Assembly: GCA_038316355.1 (NCBI GenBank)
Contig: JBBQAO010000006.1
Coordinates: 15,957-79,956 of the forward strand
Source of the DNA: Burkholderiales bacterium
Lineage (GTDB): Bacteria; Pseudomonadota; Gammaproteobacteria; Burkholderiales; SG8-41
Reading direction: 5' to 3'
DNA length: 64,000 bases
A program made the position numbers and the translations under genes. Numbering within the stretch: position 1 is the first letter of the stretch; every line of letters begins with the position of its first letter. Positions 9,194 through 22,569 of this stretch are shown here, piece after piece. Below the pieces are notes generated by a model. It had not been told where the DNA came from and did not search any database. It saw nothing but the letters and a program-made list of their open reading frames with translations.

Positions 9194-10420
9194 ATGCCTG
9201 CACCCGTCAACCTGATTCATTTTCCCGGCGCATTTGGAACGCCACTGGCGGCACGCCTCGACCTGCCGGCAACTGCGCCAGTGGCCTATGCCCTGTTTGC
9301 CCACTGCTTTACCTGTTCCAAGGACACGCTGGCCGCTGCCCGCATCAGCGCTGCGCTGGTCGCCCACGGCTTCGGCGTACTGCGCTTCGACTTCACCGGT
9401 CTCGGCGGCAGTGCTGGCGATTTCGCCAATACCAATTTTTCATCCAATGTCGCTGACCTCGTCGCTGCCGCAAACTGGCTGCGGGAGCACCATCAGGCGC
9501 CAAGCGTGCTGATCGGGCACAGCCTGGGTGGCGCGGCAGTACTGGCCGCAGCCGGTGAAATCGCCGAAGCCGCAGCCGTGGCCACCATCGGCGCACCGTT
9601 TGATCCCGGTCATGTTCAGCACCTGCTCGGCCCGGCCACGACCGAAATCAGCGCCAGGGGCGAAGCCGAGGTCACGCTGGCCGGCCGAAAATTCCGCATC
9701 CGCAAACAATTTCTCGACGATCTGGCCGCCAGCAGCAACGGCGAACGCATCGCGCATCTGCGCAAGGCGCTGCTGGTGTTTCATTCGCCACGCGACACTC
9801 AGGTGGATATCGAGAATGCGGCACGCATCTATGCCGCGGCGAAACACCCTAAAAGTTTCGTCTCTCTGGACACTGCCGATCACCTGCTCACCGGCAAGGC
9901 CGATGCCGCCTATGTTGCCGCGGTGCTGGCGGCCTGGGCGGGGCGTTACGTCGGATCAGCCGCTGCAGCGCCTGTGAAGACCGCCGAAACGGGCACGGTC
10001 ACCGTGGTGGAAACCGGAGAAGGCCGTTTCACACAGGACATCAGCGCCGGCGCGCATCACTTGCGCGCCGACGAACCAGCGGCCGTGGGCGGCAATGATT
10101 CCGGCTTCTCGCCCTACGATCTGCTGCTGGCCAGCCTCGGCGCCTGCACCGCGATGACCCTGCGCATGTATGCCGAACAGAAAAAATGGCCGCTGGAGCA
10201 GGTTAGCGTGAAACTCCGCCACGACAGGATACACGCCGGGGATTGCGCTGAATGCGAAACCCGTGAGGGCAGGATAGACCGCATTGATCGCGAAATCCGT
10301 CTCAGCGGAAATCTGGATGATACGCAACGCACAAGATTGATGGAAATCGCTGATAAATGTCCGGTGCACCGCACTCTGCATTCCGAAGTGCAGGTCAGGA
10401 CCAGCACTGCTCAATCCTGA
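9194..10420 (+). CDS. Alpha/beta hydrolase fused to a C-terminal OsmC-family domain
   Basis: The GHSLGG nucleophile elbow sits in the N-terminal half, and an OsmC-like segment ([18 protein letters not shown]) in the C-terminal half. I start it at the ATG at 9194 ([10 protein letters not shown]); the upstream extension from 9086 looks non-coding. Confidence 0.75.
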   Translation: MPAPVNLIHFPGAFGTPLAARLDLPATAPVAYALFAHCFTCSKDTLAAARISAALVAHGFGVLRFDFTGLGGSAGDFANTNFSSNVADLVAAANWLREHHQAPSVLIGHSLGGAAVLAAAGEIAEAAAVATIGAPFDPGHVQHLLGPATTEISARGEAEVTLAGRKFRIRKQFLDDLAASSNGERIAHLRKALLVFHSPRDTQVDIENAARIYAAAKHPKSFVSLDTADHLLTGKADAAYVAAVLAAWAGRYVGSAAAAPVKTAETGTVTVVETGEGRFTQDISAGAHHLRADEPAAVGGNDSGFSPYDLLLASLGACTAMTLRMYAEQKKWPLEQVSVKLRHDRIHAGDCAECETREGRIDRIDREIRLSGNLDDTQRTRLMEIADKCPVHRTLHSEVQVRTSTAQS

Positions 10421-10424
10421 TGAA

Positions 10425-12599
10425 TTAGGCGACAGCCAGGGGCAGACTGGGAGTTTCCTGCAGCAGCGATTCAAACTGACCCTGCGGCAACGGCCGGCTG
10501 ATCAGGTAACCCTGAATTTCGTCGCAGCCGTTCGCCGCCAGAAAATCCAGTTGCTCGGTGGTTTCCACACCTTCGGCCACCACGCCCAGACCGAGACTGT
10601 GTGCCAGTGAGATCACGGCTTTGACGATGGTGGCATCGTCGGGATCGGTGGCGATATCGCGGACGAAGGTGCGGTCCACTTTCAGGCGGCTGACCGGAAA
10701 CCGTTTGAGGTAAGCCAGGTTCGAATAACCGGTGCCGAAATCATCAACAGCCAGTTGCACACCCAGCCGGTCCAGGGCTTCCAGCGCGGCGACAAAATGC
10801 TCCGCGTCGTGCATGACCAGGCTCTCGGTCAATTCCAGTTGCAGGAATTCGGGCGCCAGGCCACTTTCGTCCAGCACGGCCCTGATCCTGTGGATCAAGT
10901 CACGCTGGTGAAATTGGCGCGCCGAAATATTGACAGCCACCTGCAAGCGGCCAAACCCGGCATCATGCAACTGCCGCGTGTAGCGGCAGGCCTCGCGCAA
11001 CACCCATTCGCCGAGCGGCACAATAAAGCCGCTTTCCTCGGCCAGAGGAATGAACTCATCCGGACCGATCATTTGCTCGCCGGGCGGCAACCAGCGCAGC
11101 AAGGCCTCCATGCCGATGACCGTGCGTGTGGCCAGATCCACTTTCGGCTGGTAGTACAGCGCAAATTCGCCCTGCTCCAGCGCCCGGTGCAGCCGCGACT
11201 GCAAATCCAGGCGCTGGCGCACCGCGGCGTTCATTTCAGCGGTGAAAAACTGGATCTGGTTGCGGCCCATTTCCTTGGCCCGGTACATCGCCGCATCGGC
11301 ATTTTTCAGCAGCGTCGCCGGATCGTCACCGTCGCGCGGATAGAGGCTGATGCCGGCGCTGCAGGTCACCACGATTTCCTGACCCCGGTCGCGCCACGGC
11401 CGGCAGACGGCCTGGATGATGCGCTGCACCGCACCCGTAACCTCTTCCTCGCCTTTTTCATTGCGCAGCAGGATCACGAACTCGTCCCCGGACAGCCGGG
11501 CCACGGTATCGCTGCCGCGCACGCTTTCACACATGCGCTCGGCCATGGCCTTCAGCAGGTTGTCACCGGTTTCATGTCCCAGGCTATCGTTGATCAGCTT
11601 GAAATTATCCAGGTCGATGAACACCACCGCTACCAACTGGTTATACCGTTTGGCGTGCGCCACCGCCTGCCGCAGCCGATCGCTGAGCAACGAACGGTTG
11701 GGCAGCGCAGTCAGCGCATCATGCGTGGCCTGGTGCTCGAGGCGCTGCTGGTAACGCCGGCTTTCGGTAATATCCTCGACCGAACCCTCGTAATACAGCA
11801 GCCTGCCTTCTTCATCCCGGACGGCCCGGCCATTCTCCGAAATCCAGATCACACTGCCATCGCGACGGCGCACTTCCGAGACGAAATTCTTGATCACCCC
11901 GTGCTGCTGCATCTGCCGCACGAATTCGTTGCGTTGCCCGGGATTGACGTATAACTGGCCGCCGATATTGCTCAGATTGGCCATCAGGTCCATCGGTGAT
12001 TCGTAGCCGTAAATGCGCGCCAGGGCGGGATTGGCGCGCAGGTATTTGCCGTCAGCGGTGGTCTGGAATATGCCTTCCAGCGCATTTTCAAAAATCCCGC
12101 GATAACGCTCCTCAGCCTGGCGCAGCGCATGTTCGGCCACTTTGTTGCGCGAGACGTCCTGCACGAACCCTTCGATGGCAGTCAGCGTGCCGTCCGGCGC
12201 ATAAATGCCGATGCCGGCCTCCCATACCCACTTGACCGCGCCTTCCGCGGTGGTGATGCGATAGTCAACAAAAAATCGGCGGTGGTTCTCCAGTGCATCG
12301 CGGATTTCGGCGCGCACCCACTGCCGGTCTTCCGGATGGGTAATGACTTCGTATGAAATGCGGTCGTTGCCCACCAGCTCGTCGCGCCGGTAGCCCGTCA
12401 GCATCTGGCAGCCGTCACTGACAAACTCCATGGTCCAGTGTTGGTCGTCACGGCAGCGGTAAACCATGCCATCCAGATTGCTCATCAGCGTCGAGAGCAT
12501 GCGCTCTTTTTCGCGCAGCACTTCACGCGCTTGCGTCAGCTCCGCTTCCTGTATGCGGAGCGATTGCAGCAGCAAAGCGGGGCTATCGGTGGAATTCAT
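10425..12599 (-). CDS. Cytoplasmic PAS-PAS-GGDEF-EAL signalling protein (c-di-GMP turnover)
   Basis: The protein has two or three PAS/PAC repeats. The GGDEF A-site reads SGDEF, preceded by RGSD (an RxxD I-site) at canonical spacing. The EAL half keeps EALLRW, DDFGTGYS and QGY. Confidence 0.9.
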   Translation of the reverse strand: MNSTDSPALLLQSLRIQEAELTQAREVLREKERMLSTLMSNLDGMVYRCRDDQHWTMEFVSDGCQMLTGYRRDELVGNDRISYEVITHPEDRQWVRAEIRDALENHRRFFVDYRITTAEGAVKWVWEAGIGIYAPDGTLTAIEGFVQDVSRNKVAEHALRQAEERYRGIFENALEGIFQTTADGKYLRANPALARIYGYESPMDLMANLSNIGGQLYVNPGQRNEFVRQMQQHGVIKNFVSEVRRRDGSVIWISENGRAVRDEEGRLLYYEGSVEDITESRRYQQRLEHQATHDALTALPNRSLLSDRLRQAVAHAKRYNQLVAVVFIDLDNFKLINDSLGHETGDNLLKAMAERMCESVRGSDTVARLSGDEFVILLRNEKGEEEVTGAVQRIIQAVCRPWRDRGQEIVVTCSAGISLYPRDGDDPATLLKNADAAMYRAKEMGRNQIQFFTAEMNAAVRQRLDLQSRLHRALEQGEFALYYQPKVDLATRTVIGMEALLRWLPPGEQMIGPDEFIPLAEESGFIVPLGEWVLREACRYTRQLHDAGFGRLQVAVNISARQFHQRDLIHRIRAVLDESGLAPEFLQLELTESLVMHDAEHFVAALEALDRLGVQLAVDDFGTGYSNLAYLKRFPVSRLKVDRTFVRDIATDPDDATIVKAVISLAHSLGLGVVAEGVETTEQLDFLAANGCDEIQGYLISRPLPQGQFESLLQETPSLPLAVA

Positions 12600-12818
12600 G
12601 GCTTGTCGGGGAATTGCTGCACCAGTAATTGCTGCGCCTGTAGTATGTAGTTGACAACCATCTGGTTAGCAACAATCATTTCCAGAATTTGCCGGAATAC
12701 TACGTAAAATCACACACTTTGACTTGAAAAATCCCGCTCCGGCATGGCCACCCGCACCGCGACTGTGCCGCAGGCCCTTCAACGGTGCGATCCCGTACCG
12801 ACACCGGCGCTGACGTGG

Positions 12819-12845
12819 AAAGCCCCGCGGGTGCGGGGCTTTGTT
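12819..12845. terminator. Orphan GC-rich hairpin (possible bidirectional terminator) inside a 557-bp unassigned spacer
   Basis: The sequence is AAAGCCCCGC-gggt-GCGGGGCTTT followed by gtt on the plus strand. The minus-strand reading ends TTTcc. It lies 310 nt beyond the clpB stop and 220 nt upstream of the GGDEF-EAL start. Confidence 0.5.
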
Positions 12846-13156
12846 ACGACCGGTTGCCCGGTGCGGCGCCACCATAGAGCGGCGTCCTTTGATGAATGGC
12901 ATTACACCACTCCGGATTTGCGCCGGCTGCAGTTTGCGGCTGCCGCCTTGACAGGCGATACCCGGACGTTTGCCCGGTATCTCGCACGCTGCACATCCTG
13001 GTAGCGGATACGCAGTGCTGCTCAACTCTGATTACAGTTCTACGCCTGCACCTGCCATGCGTCAAAGGATTTCTCGCCCTTTTTTTTCAGTCGTAACCGG
13101 CATTATCCGGTGACGCCGGAAAAACAAACGCTTAGCAACTTTATCTGCGGTAAAAC

Positions 13157-15757
<2,601 letters not shown>

Positions 15758-15792
15758 TTGAGCCCCATTGCCGGTGAATACGGATAATCACG

Positions 15793-15820
15793 AAATGGGG
15801 TGTTATTGCGGGAATTTCAA
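15793..15820 (-). promoter_or_regulatory. Sigma-32 (RpoH) heat-shock promoter of clpB
   Basis: The minus strand reads TTGAAA-N14-CCCCATTT, from the reverse complements of 15815-15820 and 15793-15800. It sits about 35 nt upstream of the clpB ATG and matches the consensus CTTGAAA-N13/14-CCCCATnT. Confidence 0.8.
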
Positions 15821-15853
15821 TGCGCAGCGCATGGGTATCGCCGAATATAAAAA

Positions 15854-15886
15854 AATATTCAATAAAATCAATTGTTTAATATTTAT
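15854..15886. repeat. AT-rich intergenic element, copy B
   Basis: The first 20 nt (AATATTCAATAAAATCAATT) are identical to copy A. It contains AATCAATTGTTTA, again an exact IHF-consensus match. It lies between the GltS-like gene stop and the clpB sigma-32 promoter. Confidence 0.85.
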
Positions 15887-15909
15887 GCTCGCAACCATCC
15901 ATTCCGCGT

Positions 15910-17436
15910 TCAGACCGCGATACTGGCGGATTTCTGCGTCGCAGCCGCCATCCGGCCCCGCGCACCCACTTCCGGATAGGGATACAGCATGTTCAGCGCG
16001 ATGCTCTGGTTCGCGGTCTGCACGATACGCACATGCTCGCGCTTCAGCTCCCGCGCATGGCGACAGCCGCAGGCGTGGGCGATCATGTCGATTTCCTTGT
16101 TCATGTTGTTGCAGTAATTGGCCACGCGCAGATATTTCTCGGCGACGACCAGCCCACGCTGCAGCCGCTTGTTGTGCGTGGTGACCCCCGTCGGGCAGGT
16201 GTTCTGGTGGCAGCGCAGGGCCTGGATGCAACCCAGCGCAAACATGAAGCCGCGCGCCGAGTTGATGAAATCCGCACCCACGCACAGCGCCCAGGCCGCC
16301 TTCGCCGAGGTCACCAGTTTGCCGGCAGCGATAATGCGCACCCGGTCGCGCAGATCAGCCTGGATCAGCGCATCAACCACCCGCGGCAGGGCTTCGGCAA
16401 TGGGCAATGCCATATGATCCATCAGCGTTTGCGGCGCAGCACCACTGCCGCCTTCACCGCCGTCGATGGCGATGAAGTCCGGCGCGAACTCGCGGCCGCG
16501 GCGCAGCACGGCATCGCACAAATCATTCATGAAAGCCCAGCCGCCAATTGCGGTTTTGATGCCCACCGGCCGGCCGGTCAGGTTGCGGATATAGGCGATC
16601 TTGTCGAGCAGGTCATCGACATTGGCTATGTCGTGGTGACGGTTCGGGCTGATCGAGTCCTGTCCCGCCGGTATGCCACGGATACGGGCGATTTCTTCGG
16701 TGACCTTTTCACCGGGCAGCACACCGCCCTTGCCGGGTTTGGCACCCTGCGACAACTTGATCTCGAAGGCTTTCACATGTTTCGCCAACTCCTTCGCCTT
16801 CTCCGCGGAAAAACCGCCGTCGAGTTCGCGAATGCCGTATTTGGCGGTGCCGATCTGCATGATGACGTCGCAACCGCCGCTGAGATGGTACGGTGACAAT
16901 CCGCCTTCGCCGGTGTCCATCCAGCATCCCGTCTCAAAGGCACCTCGCGACAATGCTTCCACCGCCGGCTGTGAAATCGCGCCGAAACTCATGCCGCTGA
17001 TGTTGACGATGGATTTGGCCTCGAAGGGCTGTTCGCAGTAATCGTTGCCAATCAGCACCGACGGCGTCGGCAGCCGGTCTTCCTCAAGCACCGGATAGGG
17101 GTGATTGACGAACAGGATCGAGCCCGGCATGTTCAGATCACTGGTCGAGCCGAAGGCAATGATGCCGCCTTCGTTTTTCGCGCTTTTGTAGACCCAGCCG
17201 CGGGTGGCGCGGTTGAACGGCATTTCCTCGCGGTCGTTGGCGAAAAAATACTGGCGGAAATATTCACCGAGGTCTTCGAAGAAAAAACGCAGGCGCCCGA
17301 TCAGCGGATAATTACGCAGAACGGTGTGTTTTTTCTGGGTGACATCGTGGATGATCATGAATATCAGCCAGCCGATGATCACAAAGCCGAGCACTGTGCC
17401 TATGCCGTAAGACAGCACACCCATGATTTCGCCCAT
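15910..17436 (-). CDS. FMN-binding glutamate synthase-family protein (GltS FMN-domain-like) with N-terminal membrane anchor
   Basis: The protein has an N-terminal hydrophobic helix, the GGEGGSGAAP motif and a Cys-rich C-terminal segment. I start it at the ATG at 17436, which is preceded by GGGGGAG. Confidence 0.85.
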   Translation of the reverse strand: MGEIMGVLSYGIGTVLGFVIIGWLIFMIIHDVTQKKHTVLRNYPLIGRLRFFFEDLGEYFRQYFFANDREEMPFNRATRGWVYKSAKNEGGIIAFGSTSDLNMPGSILFVNHPYPVLEEDRLPTPSVLIGNDYCEQPFEAKSIVNISGMSFGAISQPAVEALSRGAFETGCWMDTGEGGLSPYHLSGGCDVIMQIGTAKYGIRELDGGFSAEKAKELAKHVKAFEIKLSQGAKPGKGGVLPGEKVTEEIARIRGIPAGQDSISPNRHHDIANVDDLLDKIAYIRNLTGRPVGIKTAIGGWAFMNDLCDAVLRRGREFAPDFIAIDGGEGGSGAAPQTLMDHMALPIAEALPRVVDALIQADLRDRVRIIAAGKLVTSAKAAWALCVGADFINSARGFMFALGCIQALRCHQNTCPTGVTTHNKRLQRGLVVAEKYLRVANYCNNMNKEIDMIAHACGCRHARELKREHVRIVQTANQSIALNMLYPYPEVGARGRMAAATQKSASIAV

Positions 17437-17513
17437 GCGCGCTCCCCCTGCCACTCGGTTAAAATTCTTTCCGCACTATAGCAGTTTGCCGACAATCGCA
17501 AAGCGTTCCCCCC

Positions 17514-18350
17514 ATGAACCTGGCCGCCGAAATTGAACGTAATGTGACCGCTGCCTTAACGGAGGATGTCGCTGCGGGTGATCTCACCGCGCAGTTGACA
17601 CCTGATGTGCCGTCCGCACGGGCCCATGTGCTCTGCCGCGAAGACGCAGTGCTCTGCGGCACGGCCTGGTTTGCAGCCTGTGTGCAGCACCTCGATCCCG
17701 CCGCGCACCTGCACTGGCTGATGAGTGATGGTGACCGTGTTGCCGCAGGCACGCGGGTATGCGACATCACCGGTTCATCGCGCGCCATTTTGACTGCGGA
17801 ACGCAGTGCGCTGAATTTTCTGCAACTGTTGTCTGCGGTGGCGACCACCACGCGGTGTTACGTGGATGCCGTCAGCGGCACCCGTGCCGCCATCCTGGAT
17901 ACGCGCAAAACCCTGCCCGGCCTGCGCGTCGCGCAGAAATACGCGGTCACGGTCGGCGGCGGCCGCAATCACCGCATGGGTTTGTGGGACGCAATCCTGA
18001 TCAAGGAAAACCATATCGCCGCAGCTGGCGGCATCGTTCCCGCGCTGGCAGCTGCGAAATCGCAGAAAAATGCGGCATGGGTGCAGATCGAAGTGGAAAC
18101 GCTGGCTCAGTTGCGCGAGGCCGTCACTGCGGGGGCGACCATGGTGCTGCTCGACAACATGACGCTGGATGACATGCGCGCTGCAGTAACCTGGACCGCG
18201 GGCCGCGCCGAACTTGAGGCGTCCGGCGGGATTACGCTGGACAATGTGCGCGCCATCGCTGAAACCGGCGTCGACCGGATTTCAGTCGGCGCGCTGACCA
18301 AGGATATTGCCGCCGTTGATCTGTCGCTGCGTTTCGCGTCGCGGCATTGA
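17514..18350 (+). CDS. nadC: Nicotinate-nucleotide diphosphorylase (carboxylating), quinolinate phosphoribosyltransferase
   Basis: The 278-aa protein has the typical NadC layout, including the ERSALNFLQ, TRKTLPGLR and IKENHI segments. Confidence 0.9.
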   Translation: MNLAAEIERNVTAALTEDVAAGDLTAQLTPDVPSARAHVLCREDAVLCGTAWFAACVQHLDPAAHLHWLMSDGDRVAAGTRVCDITGSSRAILTAERSALNFLQLLSAVATTTRCYVDAVSGTRAAILDTRKTLPGLRVAQKYAVTVGGGRNHRMGLWDAILIKENHIAAAGGIVPALAAAKSQKNAAWVQIEVETLAQLREAVTAGATMVLLDNMTLDDMRAAVTWTAGRAELEASGGITLDNVRAIAETGVDRISVGALTKDIAAVDLSLRFASRH

Positions 18351-18400
18351 TATGCGCCGGGCCGCAGTAAGTACTATAAGCATTTGTTTTTAAACAATAT

Positions 18401-19849
18401 TTACTTGGTGCGCCCGGCGATGAAGGTTTTCACGGCCTCAACATCCGGATCCATCACCGCCACCCGCTGCAGACGGCTCTCCAGCCCTTCATAACCCGGC
18501 GGCACCGCGGGATCATGACCCAGTGCCTCGCGGATGGTCTGCGCAAATTTCGCCGGCAAGGCCGTTTCCAGGCAAATCAGCGGCACCCCGGGTTCGCGTT
18601 TCCGCAATCCGACATTCACGCCATCCGCGGTATGCGGATCGATGATTACTCCATGCTGCTCGCTGAAGCGGCGGATCGTCGCCAGCCGATCGGCATGGGT
18701 GCTGCGGCCCGACACAAAACCGTATTGGGCAATGCCCTGCCAGTACGGCGTTTCACCGAGGTTGAAACCGCCGGCATCCTCGACCTCGCGCCATAACCGC
18801 GCCACCATCGCCGGATCGCGCTCCACCAGATCAAACACAAAACGCTCGAAATTCGAGGCCTTGGAAATATCCATCGACGGGCTCGAGGTCTGCGCCGTTT
18901 CCCGCCCCGAACGCACCCGGTAACGTCCCGAACGGAAAAACTCGTCGAGCACGTCATTTTCATTGGAGGCGAGGATCAGGTGTTTGATCGGCAATCCCAT
19001 CATGCGCGCGATATGGCCGGCGAAAATATTGCCGAAGTTGCCCGAAGGCACCGCAAAAGATACCTGTTCATCGTTGCTGCGTGTCGCTGCAAAATAACCC
19101 TTGAAGTAGTACACCACCTGCGCCACAACCCGCGCCCAGTTGATCGAATTCACCGCGCCGATGCGATGTGCGTTCTTGAACGCGGCATCACCGCTGACCG
19201 CCTTGACGATGTCCTGACAGTCATCGAACACGCCGCGAATCGCAATGTTGAAAATATTGGCATCCTGCAGCGAATACATCTGCGCACGCTGGAACGGGCT
19301 CATCTTGCCGTGCGGTGACAGCATGAAGACACGAATGCCCTGCCGTCCGCGCATCGCATATTCGGCGGCGGAACCGGTGTCACCCGAGGTCGCACCGAGG
19401 ATGTTCAGGGTTTTGCCTTCGCGCTTCAGCACATACTCGAACAGCTCGCCGAGCAGTTGCATCGCCACGTCCTTGAACGCCAGCGTCGGGCCGTTGGACA
19501 GTTTCAGCAGATGCAACCCCGGTTCCAGCGTCTGCAGCGGCGTAATGTCCGCCGAACCGAAGGTTTCCGCACGATAGGCGCGGCGCACCAGCGCCGCCAG
19601 ATCCTCCGGCGGAATATCGTCAACGAAGCGGCTGATGATGGCGTACGCAAGGTCCGGATAGGACAAGGACCGCAGCGTAGCGAGTTCGGCTGCATCCAGC
19701 CGCGGGTACGCCTGCGGCACCACCAAGCCACCGTCAGGGGCCAGGCCGCCGAGCAGCACGTCACAGAAACGCGCGCCGGACATCCGCCCGCGGGTGCTGA
19801 CATAACGCACGGAGGTACCGGCTGCAGCCGTTTTCGGGACTGCGCTCAT
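18401..19849 (-). CDS. thrC: Threonine synthase (long form)
   Basis: YVSTRG lies near the N-terminus, and PTLAFKD supplies the PLP lysine. The start overlaps the hom stop by 4 nt (ATGA). Confidence 0.9.
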   Translation of the reverse strand: MSAVPKTAAAGTSVRYVSTRGRMSGARFCDVLLGGLAPDGGLVVPQAYPRLDAAELATLRSLSYPDLAYAIISRFVDDIPPEDLAALVRRAYRAETFGSADITPLQTLEPGLHLLKLSNGPTLAFKDVAMQLLGELFEYVLKREGKTLNILGATSGDTGSAAEYAMRGRQGIRVFMLSPHGKMSPFQRAQMYSLQDANIFNIAIRGVFDDCQDIVKAVSGDAAFKNAHRIGAVNSINWARVVAQVVYYFKGYFAATRSNDEQVSFAVPSGNFGNIFAGHIARMMGLPIKHLILASNENDVLDEFFRSGRYRVRSGRETAQTSSPSMDISKASNFERFVFDLVERDPAMVARLWREVEDAGGFNLGETPYWQGIAQYGFVSGRSTHADRLATIRRFSEQHGVIIDPHTADGVNVGLRKREPGVPLICLETALPAKFAQTIREALGHDPAVPPGYEGLESRLQRVAVMDPDVEAVKTFIAGRTK

Positions 19850-21156
19850 TGCAAGGCTTCCATGCGGATGCGGGTGATTTTCCCGGAGACCACAGGCAAG
19901 GCTTCGATGCTGCGGATCGCGGCATCGATTTTCTTTTCCCGCGTCAGGTGGGTGAGCAGGATGATGTCGACATATTCCTCGCCGGCATGCGGTTCCTTCT
20001 GCACCAGCGCTTCGATTGAAACGGCCTGATCTGCCAGGATGCGCGTGATATCGGCCAACACGCCGGCCTTGTCCGCGACGCGCAGCCGCAGGTAATACGA
20101 AGTTTCGACCTCGCCCATCGGCAGCACCGGCACGTTCGACAACTGGTCGTGCTGGAACGCCAGATGCGGCACCCGGTGCCCCGGGTCCGCCGTCAGCGCA
20201 CGCGCGACATCGACCAGATCGGCAACCACCGCCGACGCGGTCGGCTCAGCACCCGCACCTGCCCCGTAATACATGGTCTGGCCGACGGCATCGCCCTTGA
20301 CCAGGATGGCATTCATCACGCCCTCGACGTTGGCGATCAGTTGCCGCTTCGGAATCAATGTCGGATGCACACGCAGCTCGAAACCGGCCGCCTTGCGTTT
20401 GGCAATGCCCAGCAGTTTGATGCGGTAGCCCAGTTCTTCGGCATAGCGGATGTCTTCCTGCGCCAATTTCGAAATGCCTTCGACGTAGGCCTTGTCGAAC
20501 TGCACCGGAATGCCGAAACCGATGGCCGCCATGATCGCCAGCTTGTGCGCGGCATCGACGCCCTCGATGTCGAAGGTCGGATCCGCCTCGGCATAACCCT
20601 TGCTCTGCGCCTCCTTCAGCACATCAGCGAATGCCGCACCCTTTGCCCGCATCTCGGAGAGGATGAAATTGCTGGTACCGTTGATGATGCCGGCAATCCA
20701 TTCGATGCGGTTGGCGCTCAGTCCCTCGCGCAACGATTTGATGATCGGAATGCCGCCGCCGACGGCGGCCTCGAAAGCCACCATCACGCCGCGGGCCCGA
20801 GCTGCGGCAAAGATTTCATTGCCGTGCAGCGCCAGCAACGCCTTGTTCGCCGTCACCACGTGTTTGCCGTTGGCGATGGCTTTCAGCATCAACTCCTTGG
20901 CGATCGTGTAGCCGCCGATCAGTTCGACGACGACGTCAATCTGCGGATCATTCACCACCTCGAATGCGTCCGCAGTGACCCGCGCCGCATCACCGGCGAC
21001 AGCCTTGGCACGCACCACATCCTTGTCCGCAACCACGGCGATACGGATCGTGCAGCCGGCGCGGCGCGAAATTTCCTCGCTGTTGCGCTGGAGCACCCTG
21101 AACGTGCCGCCACCGACAGTGCCGGTGCCCAGCAACCCCACATTGATCGGTTTCAT
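19846..21156 (-). CDS. hom: Homoserine dehydrogenase with C-terminal ACT domain
   Basis: MKPINVGLLGTGTVGGG forms the NAD(P) fold. I start it at the ATG at 21156; the 18-codon upstream extension in the ORF track is not conserved-looking. Confidence 0.92.
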   Translation of the reverse strand: MKPINVGLLGTGTVGGGTFRVLQRNSEEISRRAGCTIRIAVVADKDVVRAKAVAGDAARVTADAFEVVNDPQIDVVVELIGGYTIAKELMLKAIANGKHVVTANKALLALHGNEIFAAARARGVMVAFEAAVGGGIPIIKSLREGLSANRIEWIAGIINGTSNFILSEMRAKGAAFADVLKEAQSKGYAEADPTFDIEGVDAAHKLAIMAAIGFGIPVQFDKAYVEGISKLAQEDIRYAEELGYRIKLLGIAKRKAAGFELRVHPTLIPKRQLIANVEGVMNAILVKGDAVGQTMYYGAGAGAEPTASAVVADLVDVARALTADPGHRVPHLAFQHDQLSNVPVLPMGEVETSYYLRLRVADKAGVLADITRILADQAVSIEALVQKEPHAGEEYVDIILLTHLTREKKIDAAIRSIEALPVVSGKITRIRMEALQ

Positions 21157-21193
21157 GTTTCTGCTTTGCTTTCCTGTTGTTTCCGGTGCCCGG

Positions 21194-22381
21194 TTACTTG
21201 ACCAGTCCATCCTTGCGGAACATTTCCTTGATGGTGCGTATTGCCTGGCGGGTCCGTGCTTCGTTTTCGATCAGCGCGAAACGCACGAAATCGTCGCCGT
21301 AATGGCCGAAACCGGTGCCTGGCGCCACCGCCACCCTGCCCTCGGCGAGCAGTTTTTTCGAGAACTCCAGGGATCCCATCTTTTTGTACGGTTCGGGGAT
21401 CGGCGCCCAGATATACATTGTCGCCTGCGGCTTGGCCACTTCCCAGCCCATGGCATTCATGCCTGACCACAACACGTCACGACGGCCCTGGTAGATCTGA
21501 CGCACGTTTTCCACGCAGTCCTGCGGGCCTTCGAGCGCAATGATCGACGCCACCTGGATCGGCGTGAAGGTGCCGTAGTCGTGATAACTTTTCATCCGCG
21601 CCAGAGCGGTGACCAGATCGCGATTGCCGACCATGAAACCAACGCGCCAGCCGGCCATGTTGTAACTCTTGGACATGGTGAAAAATTCAACCGCAACTTC
21701 CCGCGCACCCGGCACCTGCAGGATTGACGGCGCCTTGTAACCGTCGAATACGATGTCGGCATAGGCCAGGTCGTGCACCACGTAAATATCGTGTTCCCGG
21801 GCAATCGCGATCAGCCGCTCGAAAAACGCCAGATCCACGCACTGTGTCGTCGGATTGCTCGGAAAATTGACGATCAGCATTTTCGGCTTCGGATAGGTAT
21901 CCTTGATCGATTGCTCAAGAGCCGCAAAAAAATCGACGCCGGCATGCATCGGTATATGGCGGATGTCAGCGCCGGCAATCACCGGACCGTAGATGTGGAT
22001 CGGGTAACTCGGATTGGGCACCAGCACGATATCGCCCCGCTCCAGGGTCGCCAGCGCGAGATGGGCAATGCCCTCCTTGGAACCGATGGTGACAATGGCC
22101 TCCGACTCAGGATCCAACTCCACGCCATAGCGGCTCTGGTACCAGCCGCAGATCGCCTTGCGCAGCCGGCCGATGCCCTTGGATACCGAATAACCGTGGG
22201 TGTCCGTACGCTGCACGGATTCAATCAGTTTGTCGACGATATGCCGCGGCGTGGGCTGGTCGGGATTACCCATGCTGAAATCAATGATGTCCTCACCGCG
22301 CTGGCGGGCGGCGAGTTTCAGTTCACCAGTGACGTTAAATACGTACGGCGGCAGGCGTTTGATGCGCGGAAATTCTTCCAT
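21194..22381 (-). CDS. alaC: Class I/II PLP-dependent aminotransferase (AlaC-like)
   Basis: [13 protein letters not shown] supplies the PLP lysine. The ~395-aa size and the position upstream of hom-thrC match the arrangement seen in many betaproteobacteria. Confidence 0.85.
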   Translation of the reverse strand: MEEFPRIKRLPPYVFNVTGELKLAARQRGEDIIDFSMGNPDQPTPRHIVDKLIESVQRTDTHGYSVSKGIGRLRKAICGWYQSRYGVELDPESEAIVTIGSKEGIAHLALATLERGDIVLVPNPSYPIHIYGPVIAGADIRHIPMHAGVDFFAALEQSIKDTYPKPKMLIVNFPSNPTTQCVDLAFFERLIAIAREHDIYVVHDLAYADIVFDGYKAPSILQVPGAREVAVEFFTMSKSYNMAGWRVGFMVGNRDLVTALARMKSYHDYGTFTPIQVASIIALEGPQDCVENVRQIYQGRRDVLWSGMNAMGWEVAKPQATMYIWAPIPEPYKKMGSLEFSKKLLAEGRVAVAPGTGFGHYGDDFVRFALIENEARTRQAIRTIKEMFRKDGLVK

Positions 22382-22569
22382 GTCTGAATCTCTGAGTGGT
22401 ACTCTGGCGAGCCTGGGTAAACCCTGGTGACGTAAACTGTCCGGGTAAAATCAGCCGGGAACGATCCACCGCTTCTGCTGCAACGCCAAAAACGCGGCAT
22501 TCCGGCTGCTTGCGGGTGGAAAACACACGATTGTATCGAAGCGGATTATTCGCGGCAAATCAGAGAGTT

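Noticed and set aside
12780-12900. The idea that the spacer upstream of the GGDEF-EAL gene holds a c-di-GMP riboswitch, because ACAAAGCC resembles part of the GEMM-I core.
   Set aside because: Only a short resemblance exists. The two-hairpin GEMM architecture with tetraloop and receptor is not recognisable. The element lies about 220 nt from the start codon. It would need a covariance-model scan to revive.
12744-13004. An 86-aa plus-strand ORF, plus minus-strand ORFs of 119 and 73 aa, inside the clpB / GGDEF-EAL spacer.
   Set aside because: No Shine-Dalgarno sequence is present. The ORF reads straight through the strong hairpin at 12819-12845. Its Arg codons are dominated by CGG, unlike neighbouring genes. 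I recognise no protein family.
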